Assembly: GCA_903936645.1 (NCBI GenBank) | Contig: CAIZWI010000306.1 | Span: forward strand, 1 to 63,216 | Direction: 5' to 3' | Length of the DNA stretch: 63,216 nucleotides | Source: an uncultured Verrucomicrobia subdivision 3 bacterium | GTDB taxonomy: Bacteria; Verrucomicrobiota; Verrucomicrobiia; Limisphaerales; UBA11358 | Program-made: the position numbers and the translations under genes | Shown here: piece after piece, positions 19,075-28,700 of the stretch | How positions within the stretch are numbered: position 1 is the stretch's first letter | Layout of the letters: every line of letters begins with the position of its first letter | Notes under the pieces: generated by a model | Told to the model about the DNA's origin: nothing | The model's input: the letters and a program-made list of their open reading frames with translations, nothing else | The model's database searches: none

Positions 19075-21762
19075 TTAATGATCATCCGGGTCGGTGGTTT
19101 CGGAGATGGCCCAGCGCGGGTAGGGCTCGGTAAAGCCGCGTTGCGCATGCCAGAGGATTTGATTCAGGACATCTTCGGGGCATTGGTCTGGTTTGTCGAG
19201 CGGCAGCCGGGCGGAAAGCTTGGCATCGCGCAATTCCCGCGGATCCGTGATGGAATAAAAGCCCGGGTTCAAATGGTCCAGGGGAATGTTGTTCGTGACG
19301 CAGGCGAAGGGGCGGAAGTCCGGCTGGTTGGTGAAGCAGGCGGTCATGGGGGTGGCGGTGGCATCCAACTGGCTCATGGGCGGCAGGCCCAGCATGAGCT
19401 CGATGGTGCGCACGATGCTGGTCTGGTTGTAATTAACGCTCACGACGGTGTGCCGTTTGGTATACGCGCTCGCGACATAGGCGGTGGTGCGATAACCGCT
19501 GACATGGTCCCAGCCGGCCTGGGGATCATCCTCGCAGGCAAACACGCAGGTGTCCCGCCACAACGGGGTGCGGCTGAGCGCCTCCAGGACCTGGCCAAAG
19601 GCCAGGTCATTGTCGGCCACCTGGGCGGCCGGAATGGGGAGGCCGGGATCGGTGCCAGAAGTATGGTCGTTGGGGAGGTCAATGAGGATCAGGTTGGGCA
19701 GGGTGCCGCGGGCGGCATAATCCTGGAGTTCCCCGATGATTTTCTCGGCGCGGAACACGTCCGGCACGTCCATTTTCCAGCCCACGAAATTGGTCATCAT
19801 GAAGGGTTGCAGGGCGGCCACACCAGCGTAGTTGCTGTAATTAATTAAATGCGAGTGGTTGAGGAAATCGTGATAATAATCGAGGAAGTGCAGGGGTTTT
19901 TTGTTCTTGGGGTCCTGCCAGGCGGTCACGGCCACGGTGCCTTCGCCATACGTGCGGATGGTTTTGCCATGGGCGAGGGCGTTGTCCCAAATAAAGCCGC
20001 CGGGCGAATAGGCCATCGCATCAAAGTCGCCATGGTCCTGCAAGTCCGGATAGCTGCGGGGAAAATCGGCAAAGGATTTTTCCATGTAATCGGTGGCCAG
20101 GGCGGAATCGGCCCACTCATGGCCGTCGGCGCTCAAAATGCCGCAACAATAAAAATTATCCAGCAACACGAAATCATTCACTATTTTATGCTGGTTGGGG
20201 GTCACTTGTTTCCCAAAGATGCACAAGCGGTTGTCCCCGTTGCCCGCCCGGACATCGCCCAGCACCTGGTCGTAAGTGCGGTTTTCCTTGATGATATAGA
20301 TCACATGTTTGAAAACCGAGGGTTCCCCGATGCGTTCCGGCACGGGACTGGGCGCGATGCCGTCGCGGGCGGGGGCGAAGACGTTTTCGGCCACGGCCCG
20401 CCGGTAGTTGTGCAGCACCACGGCGGTATCCCGCCGCAAACTGTTTTTGTCGGGGAGGGGGATGAGGGACAGGGTGCCGAGATGTTGATGGGTATTATAA
20501 CCATGCTTGAACAAGTTGTAATTCGCGTCGGGCAAGGTGCCTTTGATGTTCGCGACCGCCAGTTGCCGGCGGGACTGGTCATACACGATGGCCCCGGGGT
20601 ACCAGCCTGTGGGAATGAGCCCCTGCATTTTGGATTTGCCGGGCTTGAAGGCCAGGACGGCAACGGCGTTCTGGGTGCCATTGCACACGTAGAGGGTTTT
20701 GCCCGCGTCATCCATGGCCAGGGCGTTGGGCGAGGCGCCAAACAGGTCCTGGGCCTGCCAGCGGACGGGGATGGTTTCCACGACTTGGTCGGTGGCGGTG
20801 GCGAGCACGCTGACGGTGTCGCTATTGGCGTTGGCCACGCAGAGATAACGGCCGTTGGGGGTCAACTGCAAGGCGCAGGCGTGCAGGCCCGTGAGGACCT
20901 CGGCGGTGACCACACCTTGGGCCAGATCAATCACGGATACCGAGCCTTCATTGGCAATAAAACGCACTGGATCCACCCGCACCAGAGTGCCCTTGCCGCC
21001 GGGCCCGGTGACACTGTTGGGATCGGGCCGGCGGCCGCCCCAGTTGCTGACATAGGCCTTGTGGCCCGCGAGCACGACGGCATAAGGCAGCATGCCCGTG
21101 TCAAAACTGCGCACGAAGCGGCCTTCCGGCAGGGCAAATTCAAGCAGACGATTGGATAGATTTCCGGCGACATAAAGGTGCTGGCCATCTTTGGAAATGG
21201 CGAGTCCGGCGGGGATTTCCTCCTGGCGCTCCGGGGCATTGGCGTCGGGCAGCGCGAGGGATCCCAGGCCTTTGAGCAAGTGATCCGCCCCCACGGCAAA
21301 CACCTTGATGCTGCCTTTGACATTGGACATATACAGCCGGGTGCCATCCGGTGAAAATACCAGTCCGGTAAAGCTGGCCTGCTCGTCGCGATCTGGTTTT
21401 AAGATATGCGGCGAAACGCCGGCCACCTTGGTGATGACCCGGTCATCGGGCAAGGACACGGTTTGGACGATGGTCTGCCGGTCAGGGTCCACCACGAGCA
21501 AATCATGGGTCTTGCCCGAGGTGACCAACATTTTACCATCCGGGCTCAGGGCGAGCACTTGGGGGCGCAAGCCATGCAATTCAATTTGCGTGCCGGCGGG
21601 GGTGATGACCTGGTTTACCGGGAGCACCACCCGGTCCGCGCCGGCGCGGCCCACGGGTTCCGACCAGTCCAACTCGTCCAGATTGGTTTGGGCCCGCAGA
21701 GCGGGCGTGAGCAGGCTGAGACCAGCTAGCAAGGCCAGTGTGCGATTTAATTTTATTTTCAT
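19075..21762 (-). CDS. secreted bifunctional YncE-like beta-propeller / phosphoesterase (PLC-AcpA family) protein
   Basis: It has the signal peptide MKIKLNRTLALLAGLSLLTPALRAQ. The N-terminal half has YVTN-type propeller repeats. The C-terminal half has the phosphoesterase hallmark VIYIIKENRTYDQVLGD plus NDHTSG. The ATG at 21762 is preferred over 21819. Confidence 0.8.
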   Translation of the reverse strand: MKIKLNRTLALLAGLSLLTPALRAQTNLDELDWSEPVGRAGADRVVLPVNQVITPAGTQIELHGLRPQVLALSPDGKMLVTSGKTHDLLVVDPDRQTIVQTVSLPDDRVITKVAGVSPHILKPDRDEQASFTGLVFSPDGTRLYMSNVKGSIKVFAVGADHLLKGLGSLALPDANAPERQEEIPAGLAISKDGQHLYVAGNLSNRLLEFALPEGRFVRSFDTGMLPYAVVLAGHKAYVSNWGGRRPDPNSVTGPGGKGTLVRVDPVRFIANEGSVSVIDLAQGVVTAEVLTGLHACALQLTPNGRYLCVANANSDTVSVLATATDQVVETIPVRWQAQDLFGASPNALAMDDAGKTLYVCNGTQNAVAVLAFKPGKSKMQGLIPTGWYPGAIVYDQSRRQLAVANIKGTLPDANYNLFKHGYNTHQHLGTLSLIPLPDKNSLRRDTAVVLHNYRRAVAENVFAPARDGIAPSPVPERIGEPSVFKHVIYIIKENRTYDQVLGDVRAGNGDNRLCIFGKQVTPNQHKIVNDFVLLDNFYCCGILSADGHEWADSALATDYMEKSFADFPRSYPDLQDHGDFDAMAYSPGGFIWDNALAHGKTIRTYGEGTVAVTAWQDPKNKKPLHFLDYYHDFLNHSHLINYSNYAGVAALQPFMMTNFVGWKMDVPDVFRAEKIIGELQDYAARGTLPNLILIDLPNDHTSGTDPGLPIPAAQVADNDLAFGQVLEALSRTPLWRDTCVFACEDDPQAGWDHVSGYRTTAYVASAYTKRHTVVSVNYNQTSIVRTIELMLGLPPMSQLDATATPMTACFTNQPDFRPFACVTNNIPLDHLNPGFYSITDPRELRDAKLSARLPLDKPDQCPEDVLNQILWHAQRGFTEPYPRWAISETTDPDDH

Positions 21763-21778
21763 CAGCGGGGCAGGGGGT

Positions 21779-23176
21779 TCAAATTGGGGTTGGGGTGCCG
21801 GCCAAACGCAGGGATTCATCCAGGATGGCCAGGGCCTGGTCCATTTCTTCGCGGGTAATCACTAATGCCGGGGTGAGGGTCAGCACATTGCCCATGGTGA
21901 CTTTGAAATTCAAGCCGCGCTTGAGCGCCTCATACATGACTTTTTCGGCCTGGGCAATCGCGGGCTGGCGCTGGCCATCCGGCGCCGTGACCGCCAGTTC
22001 AATGCCCAACAGCAAACCCAGCCCGCGGACATCGGCGATCAGGGGATGGCGGGTGGCCATTTCGCGCATTTTTTCGAGGGCATAGGCCCCCATTTCGCGG
22101 GCCCGTTCCACGAGGTTTTCCTCGGCGATGACTTGCAGGGTCGCCAGGGCGGCGGCGCAGGCCACGGGATTTTTTTCGTGTGTATAGTGGCCGAGGGACA
22201 TTTGCCCGGCGACATCCAAAGCCTCGTTGGTGAGGAGGGCGGCCAGGGGAAAGATGCCGCCGCCGAGGCCCTTGCCGAGCACAACCATGTCGGGCACAAC
22301 GCCATAATGCTCAAACGCAAACAGTTTGCCACTGCGCCCCAGGCCAATGGGGATTTCATCCAGAATCAACAGGGTGCCATGTTTGTCGCAGGCGGCCCGG
22401 ATGCGCTGCCAATATTCCGGGGGCGGAATGAACGGGGTGTTGCGCACGGTTTCGGCGACCACGGCCGCGACGTCGCCTTCCTTTTCCAGGACATAGGCGA
22501 GGTAATCCGCACAGGTCAGATTGCAAACCTTGCCACAACGAAAGGGGCAGCGCATGGGTTCCGCCGGCGGCACGTGTTCGCAGCCGGGCAGCAACGGACC
22601 CACCCCCTGCCGAAACGCCGCCTCGCCGCCAATGGAGACCGCGTCCAGCGAGGCTCCGTGGAAGGAATCCCATAGGGAAACAAACTTGAAGCGACCCGTG
22701 GCCACGCGGGCCAGTTTCAAGGCCATGCCAATGGCCGTGGTGCCGCCCGGGGAGAGCAGCACGCGATTCAAGTTCCCCGGGGCGAGGGAGGTGAGTTTGG
22801 CGCCCAATTCAATGGCTGGTTCGCAGGTATAACGCCGGGGGCAAAAGCACAATTCGTCCAACTGGCGTTTGACGGCCGCGACCACTTTGGGATGGGCAAA
22901 GCCCACTTGATGCACGCAATTGCCGTGAAAATCCAGATAACGCCGGCCATCGATGTCCTCGATCCAAGCGCCCTCGGCGCGGCGCAGGACGTTGAGGCAG
23001 GGGGTGGAAAGGGATTGATGGAGGAAATGTCCGGCATCTTGATCCAGCAACGCCTGCGTGGCGGGTCCGATGTGTTCCGCCGCCCACACGCGGCGCTGGG
23101 GGGACAAATTTAAATCACCTTCGGCGCGAAACGCATCGAGGGCATCGGGAGCTGGGGATGGGAGGGTGGTTTTCAT
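21779..23176 (-). CDS. class-III (aspartate aminotransferase family) PLP enzyme, PbfA-like candidate
   Basis: 465 aa from the ATG at 23176. It has class-III blocks (LDFHGNCVHQVGFAHP, LILDEIPIGLGRSGKLFAFEHYGVVPDMVVLGKGLGGG with the PLP lysine). The 158-aa upstream extension of the track ORF overlaps phnW and is rejected. Confidence 0.85.
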   Translation of the reverse strand: MKTTLPSPAPDALDAFRAEGDLNLSPQRRVWAAEHIGPATQALLDQDAGHFLHQSLSTPCLNVLRRAEGAWIEDIDGRRYLDFHGNCVHQVGFAHPKVVAAVKRQLDELCFCPRRYTCEPAIELGAKLTSLAPGNLNRVLLSPGGTTAIGMALKLARVATGRFKFVSLWDSFHGASLDAVSIGGEAAFRQGVGPLLPGCEHVPPAEPMRCPFRCGKVCNLTCADYLAYVLEKEGDVAAVVAETVRNTPFIPPPEYWQRIRAACDKHGTLLILDEIPIGLGRSGKLFAFEHYGVVPDMVVLGKGLGGGIFPLAALLTNEALDVAGQMSLGHYTHEKNPVACAAALATLQVIAEENLVERAREMGAYALEKMREMATRHPLIADVRGLGLLLGIELAVTAPDGQRQPAIAQAEKVMYEALKRGLNFKVTMGNVLTLTPALVITREEMDQALAILDESLRLAGTPTPI

Positions 23177-23213
23177 TAAATGGATTGGAGAGTTGGAGCC
23201 TGGACCGGCGGGA

Positions 23214-24365
23214 TTACCGCGCCAGGGCGGCGGCAGGTTTGGGGTTGAAGCCCAGGGTGACTGTGACCTCGCTGATGGCGGCGAGCAAGGCGTGAATATC
23301 CGCTTCAAAGAGCTGTCCGATGTTGGCAATGCGGAAGGTGTCAGCCTGGCTGATTTTGCCGGGATAAATGATAAAGCCGCGCCCGGCCAGCGCTTGGTAA
23401 AATTCCGCGAAGGTAAACCGGGGATCGGCCGGGCAATGAAATGCCGTGATGATAAAGCTTTGCACTGCGGGGGGAAGATATGGCTGAAACCCCAGTCCGC
23501 GCATGCCCGCCACCAATACTTCGTGATTCCGTTGATACCGGGCCCCCCGGGCCGCCACGCCACCCTCCGCTGCGTGTTCCTGGAGGGCCTGCTCGAACGC
23601 CAGCAGCACATGAGTGGGCGGGGTATAGCGAAACTGGCCATTCCGGTCAAAGCACCGCAATTGGTCGGCCAGATTCAGGCTGAGGGACCGGGCATGGGCT
23701 TCATTTGCCAGCAACCCTGCGCGGCGGGCAATGACAAAGCAAAAACCGGGCACACCCTCCAGGCATTTATTGGCTGAACTGATCAGGAAATCGATGCCGG
23801 TGCTTTCGATCTCCAGTGGGATCGCCCCAAAACTGCTCATGGCATCCACGATGAACAGGCAGCAATGACGTTTTACGATCCGGCCAATTTCGGGGATGGG
23901 ATTGAGGATGCCGGTGGTGGTTTCACAATGGACCGCCGCCACGTGGGTGATGGTGGGATCGGCCGCCAGCGTGGCGGCCAGCAGGGACAAATCCGGCCAT
24001 TCTGATTCCGGGCTCCGGAGCACGGTATGGTCGATGTGCAGATGCTCCAGCATGCGCACCATTCGCTCTCCATACGCACCATTGGCCAGCACACAGACCC
24101 GGCAACCGGGCGGGACGCAGGTGGCAAAGACCGCTTCCACGCCGTAGGTGCCGCTGCCCTGCAACAATACCGCTTCCCAGCCGTCCACCGGGGATAATTC
24201 TGCCATGGCCAGCAACCGCTCCCGGATCCAGCGGATGCGGCCATTGAAATCAGTGTGCCAGGAGCCGGCATCATGCCGCATGGCCTGCTTGACCCCCGGA
24301 CTGGTGGTCAAAGGGCCGGGGGTGAACAAAAGGGCGTCGCGATCGGTGGTGGTGGGGAGGCTCAT
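23214..24365 (-). CDS. phnW: 2-aminoethylphosphonate--pyruvate transaminase
   Basis: 383 aa from the ATG at 24365. The N-terminus LLFTPGPLTTSPGVKQAM and SANKCLEGVPG (PLP Lys) are class-V aminotransferase features typical of PhnW. Its start overlaps the MFS stop by 4 nt (ATGA). Confidence 0.9.
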   Translation of the reverse strand: MSLPTTTDRDALLFTPGPLTTSPGVKQAMRHDAGSWHTDFNGRIRWIRERLLAMAELSPVDGWEAVLLQGSGTYGVEAVFATCVPPGCRVCVLANGAYGERMVRMLEHLHIDHTVLRSPESEWPDLSLLAATLAADPTITHVAAVHCETTTGILNPIPEIGRIVKRHCCLFIVDAMSSFGAIPLEIESTGIDFLISSANKCLEGVPGFCFVIARRAGLLANEAHARSLSLNLADQLRCFDRNGQFRYTPPTHVLLAFEQALQEHAAEGGVAARGARYQRNHEVLVAGMRGLGFQPYLPPAVQSFIITAFHCPADPRFTFAEFYQALAGRGFIIYPGKISQADTFRIANIGQLFEADIHALLAAISEVTVTLGFNPKPAAALAR

Positions 24366-25696
24366 GGTTGGGAGAATTGGGGGGTGGGGGGCTGGCCCGG
24401 CCGGTTGAGGCCCAGACATAACAGGGCTCCGGCCACCGTGGTGAACGCCAGGCAATGGAATCCCAGATGATAACCGCCCAAGTCCAGAATGTGACCAAAG
24501 AGGTAGCCGGAAAGGATGCCGGCGAGGTAACCAGAGGCGTCGACGAGACCGGCCACCGTGGCCACACTGTCGGCGCCACCGACTTCCAGGGACAGCACGC
24601 CGGCGAGCAGGCTATAAGGTCCATAGGAAAAAAGTCCGATCAGGCCAATCGCCGAAATAACCATCCACAGGGGCTGGTGGATCAAGGCGGGGAGTTCATA
24701 GGTCAGGGCGGCCACGGTGAGCAGGATGGAAAAGAGCAGCCACTTGCGTTGCGTGCCCGTGATCCGGTCCATCAACCAGCCCAGGGCCAGGATGCCGACC
24801 GCCCCCATGGCGTCAAAGGGCGTGGACAGCAAGGCCGCCATCTGGGTGGTCATCTGGCTGCCGCCGTCGGTTTTGAGAAAATCCACGGTCCACACGTTAA
24901 ACGTCTCCCGGGTAATCGTCAGGGTAAAAGAAAGAATGCACAACATCCAGAATTGGGGGATTTTCACCAGGGCCCAAAGCCGCCGGTAAGTCCAGGGTTC
25001 GGCCGGCTTGTTCCCCGTGGCCGCCCGGCGGCGGTCGCGCGCCAGGGTGAGCCAGCAAATACCGGCAATCAGGAGCAAGACCAGGGAGGGCAGCCCCATC
25101 ACCGCGCGCCAGTTGTTGCCAGAAAATGCGGCAATCTGCCCGGCCAGCAGCAGGGAGCAAACGCCGCCAAATACAAAGCTTAAAGAGAGAAAAGCCATCG
25201 CCAGCGCCATATGGCGGCGGGCAAACCAATCCGGCACCTGCTTCACCATGGAGGCCCAGCCTCCCGCGCCAAAAAAGCGGTTGGCCATATAACAGGCGCC
25301 CAGCATGGGCAGGCTGAGGGCAAAGGCCGAAAGGCCGCCAAACAGCGCGACGCCAAGTAACACCACAAAAAAGCAAATGCGGCCACCGAAACGATCCACT
25401 ACATTGGGTCCCCAGAACAGCTTGCCAGCCATGTAAGCCATCGTGGCATAGCTGTCGATCGCGCCAATATGCGCCTTGTCGGTGCCAAAGGCGGGTTGCA
25501 GGAGGGGGACCGCGACCGCGAAATTTTTGCGACACAAATAAACCCCGATGTAACCCAGAATGATGCAGCCCAGTTGCAGGGCGGCGCGGGAGGGGGGGAT
25601 GCCCACGGGGGATTCCGCATGGGCCGGTCCGAGTGGCAGCCGGGTCGCACCGGCGGCCGCAGGAGCCGGGTTGGTTGGGCGCTCAGAGTTTTGCAT
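24362..25696 (-). CDS. MFS transporter (organophosphate/phosphonate importer candidate)
   Basis: 444 aa with about 12 TM helices. It is the first gene of the phnW operon, and the N-terminal LCRKNFAVAVPLL block is reminiscent of the GlpT/UhpC family. Confidence 0.8.
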   Translation of the reverse strand: MQNSERPTNPAPAAAGATRLPLGPAHAESPVGIPPSRAALQLGCIILGYIGVYLCRKNFAVAVPLLQPAFGTDKAHIGAIDSYATMAYMAGKLFWGPNVVDRFGGRICFFVVLLGVALFGGLSAFALSLPMLGACYMANRFFGAGGWASMVKQVPDWFARRHMALAMAFLSLSFVFGGVCSLLLAGQIAAFSGNNWRAVMGLPSLVLLLIAGICWLTLARDRRRAATGNKPAEPWTYRRLWALVKIPQFWMLCILSFTLTITRETFNVWTVDFLKTDGGSQMTTQMAALLSTPFDAMGAVGILALGWLMDRITGTQRKWLLFSILLTVAALTYELPALIHQPLWMVISAIGLIGLFSYGPYSLLAGVLSLEVGGADSVATVAGLVDASGYLAGILSGYLFGHILDLGGYHLGFHCLAFTTVAGALLCLGLNRPGQPPTPQFSQP

Positions 25697-25711
25697 TAAA
25701 TCAGTTGGGCG

Positions 25712-25760
25712 AAAAAAGGGACCGGGTTCGGATGTCCGTGGACGGCCATCCGAACCCGGT
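25712..25760 (-). terminator. rho-independent terminator after the LamG/Ig gene
   Basis: Perfect 14-bp stem ACCGGGTTCGGATG / CATCCGAACCCGGT with a 12-nt loop. On the minus strand it is followed by CCCTTTTTTC. Confidence 0.85.
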
Positions 25761-25774
25761 TTGATTTCAATTAC

Positions 25775-28700
25775 TTATTGGGACAGGCGGAAGAACGTGC
25801 TGCTGCCGGTCACCGGAACCACGGCCGAGCTGGCACCCAGGGTGGCCGGGACATCGGTCCAGTTGGCCGGGTTGAGGCTGGTGGATTGCTGCAGTTTCAA
25901 GGAGCTGCTGCCGATCCAGAACAGGTTGGCGTTGCCATTGGCCAGCGTGATGATCAGCTTGAACGGCGTCATGACTTGGGACAGGTCTTTGCCGGCCACA
26001 CCCGCATTGTAAATGGCGCTGGCTTCATTGGAGGTCAAGGCCCGGCGCCAGATGCCCACGTCATCAATCTTGGCGTCAATATCATGGGCGCCCGTGCCGT
26101 CGGTATAGATGCCCGTGCCGTCCTGGCCGATGTTCACAGCCCATTCGCTTTGGGCCAGCGAGACCTGCTGGTGATCCGTGATGGGCGTGCCAAAGGTGTC
26201 CACCGTGCCGGCCACGCTCAGGGGGTGTTTGGAAACCAGAGCGCCGTCGAGGTAGGCATAAACATAAGCCGACTGGCCGAAGGGAGCGTGCTGCACACTC
26301 ACCAGCACATGGTGCCAATTGCCGTCCTTCAAGGTATGCGGCGTGTCGGTGTAGCTGAACTTGTCCGCCCCGCCATTCGGGCCGGTGATGTTGACGCGGT
26401 AATTACCACCGGATTGGGTAAAGATACCCCAGCCCAGGTTGCTGCTGCTATCCCAATCCTTGTTGGAAATGAACGGCAGGTCATCACCCTGGTTGGTGTA
26501 GTTACACCAGAGGGAAACCGTCCAGTCATTGGTCGCGCCAAATTGCAGGTCGGCCGGATAGCCGAGGGTGGCGTATTCAATGTCGGAGTAATCATTGGTG
26601 GTGGTGTATTCAAACGCCTGGCCAAACAAGCCCGGGACGAACCGGGGAGCCGGGCTGGCATTGGCACCATAGGTCATGTAGGCGGCATGGTTGCCCCGAC
26701 CTGAGGTGTCGTTCAAGTCACCATCAAATGGCAGGTGGACGACCAGGTTGCTGTTGATGGAACCGGCAAACACCCGCAGGGTCGCGATGGACCCGGCCGC
26801 CGTGCCGTAGCTGTTCACGGCGAGCAGTTGATAATTCCCGGCATTGGCCGCCTGGACATTGTTCAGGATGAAGGAGCCGCTGGTGGAGCTGGAGACCAGG
26901 CTGCCATTCAAGTACAACTGGTAGGTGAGGGGCTGGCCGCCGGTGGCATACCCCGTGAAGGTCACGGTGGCACCCGGGTCCACGATTTCCCCGCTCAGGT
27001 CGGCCGTGAGCACCGGCGTGGTGTTCACCGTCAGGACGGCAGGCGCGCTGCGGGTCACCCCGCCCACGATGACTTGATAAGTCCCGGCATTGGTCGGGTT
27101 CACACTGGCGATGGTGTAGGTGCGATTGGTGGCGCCGAGGATGGCCACACCATTGAAACGCCATTGATACGTGAGCGGGGAACCGGAGGCCGTCACGGCG
27201 AAGGTGTAAGGCGTGTTGGCGTTCACCGTCGCATTGCCGGGCTGGCTGCTGATCACCGGCGTGGTGATGCTGTACAGACCGAAGTTATCAATGCCAAAGT
27301 ACCAGCTGGAGGTGCCGGCCTGACCGAAACGGAAGCGCACGTGGGATTGCTTGTCCGCCAGCGGCAGGCGGATGACTTCAATGCGTTTGCTGGAAATCGG
27401 ATCGTCATTGCGGCGGGGGGAGATGTAGGGAATCAGGTTGGTGGAGACCACCGCACCGATGAAGTTGCTGTAAGCGAGTCCGTAGGCCTGATCCGAACGG
27501 GGGGTGCCAAAGGTGGCCCACACGTCAATTTGGCCGGTGGCGGCATTGGTCACCACATCGGAACCATCACCATCCGTGGTGCCGTCATCCAACATGTACA
27601 GGGCCGGCAGCCAGGTGGCGCCTTGGTCGATGGAATATTCCACGGAGCCAATGTTGTCCTGGTTTTGTTCATACAAGCTGTTGAAAGCCAGATAGACGTT
27701 GGTTTGGGCGCTCAGATCGTAATCTTTGCTGAACATGACGTTGACCTGGCCACCGGTATTTTGGCGCTGGTCGGAATCGGCGTAGGCCAGATTGCCGTGG
27801 GCGAGGCTGTCCAGAATGCTGCCATTCAAAACGATCGGGGGAACCACGAGGCGGCGATTGCCGGTGGCTGTGCCGAGATTCGGGCTGGAATAGGTGCCAT
27901 GGCTGGAGAACACCGTGGACAGGCGATTGCTGCTGATCACCACAAAGTCTTTGTAAGTATCCGACTTGGGTTTGTTCAGGTCATAACCGGAGGTTTGCGG
28001 CACCGTGTTGTTGGTCACCGACCAACCGTCCGGCATCGAACCTTCGGCCACGGCGTCAAAGTTCTCGGAATAGATCGGCGTGGGGAGGGTGATGTTTTGA
28101 TAATTGGCCACCGTGAAGGACCAGCTCTTGGTGTGCAGACCGAGCAGGCTGTCCGAGTAGGTGAGGGACAGGGTGTGCATGGATTGCGGATCCAGGATCG
28201 TGGTCACCTGGGCATTGACATCGAACTCGCTGGCATTGTTGGCGTCAGCCGTCACCGAGGTCGGCAGCACCGAACCATCCAAGGCGAGGCTGATACTGCC
28301 CGCATTAATGGTGGTGGAACCGGGATCGACGACCACACTCACGGCCGGCACCGGATTAATGCCGGTGTCGCCCACATTCGGGGTGCGGGAAACAATATAG
28401 GAATGGGCCGGCGGCAGCACGAGCGGAATGCCGGCGGCGGAAGGTCCGCCAAGGGCTTCCATCTCACCGGGGCTCAGGACCTGGTCGCTGACCTGGACAC
28501 TGTTGACATAACCCGGCGCATTGGTGAAGGTGCTGCTGAAGATGGGGAGCATATCCCCGGGAAACAAGGCGAACGGGGAGTCGACGTTGCCCGCACCGAA
28601 GTTCAAAATGCCGACGGTGGTGCCGTTGGTGTACACCGTGGCGGTTCCGGCAGTGGTATCCAGCACCAGGGCGAGCCGGTACCAGGTGTTGGTGGTCAGC

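Noticed and set aside
23177-23650. 158-codon N-terminal extension of the class-III aminotransferase ORF; similar extensions at 10910-11056, 31496-31675, 44447-44620, 52996-53079 and 53879-54028
   Set aside because: The extensions overlap the 3' ends of well-supported upstream genes and translate to Pro/Arg/Ser-rich sequence. In each case an internal ATG gives a canonical family N-terminus or a signal/prepilin leader.
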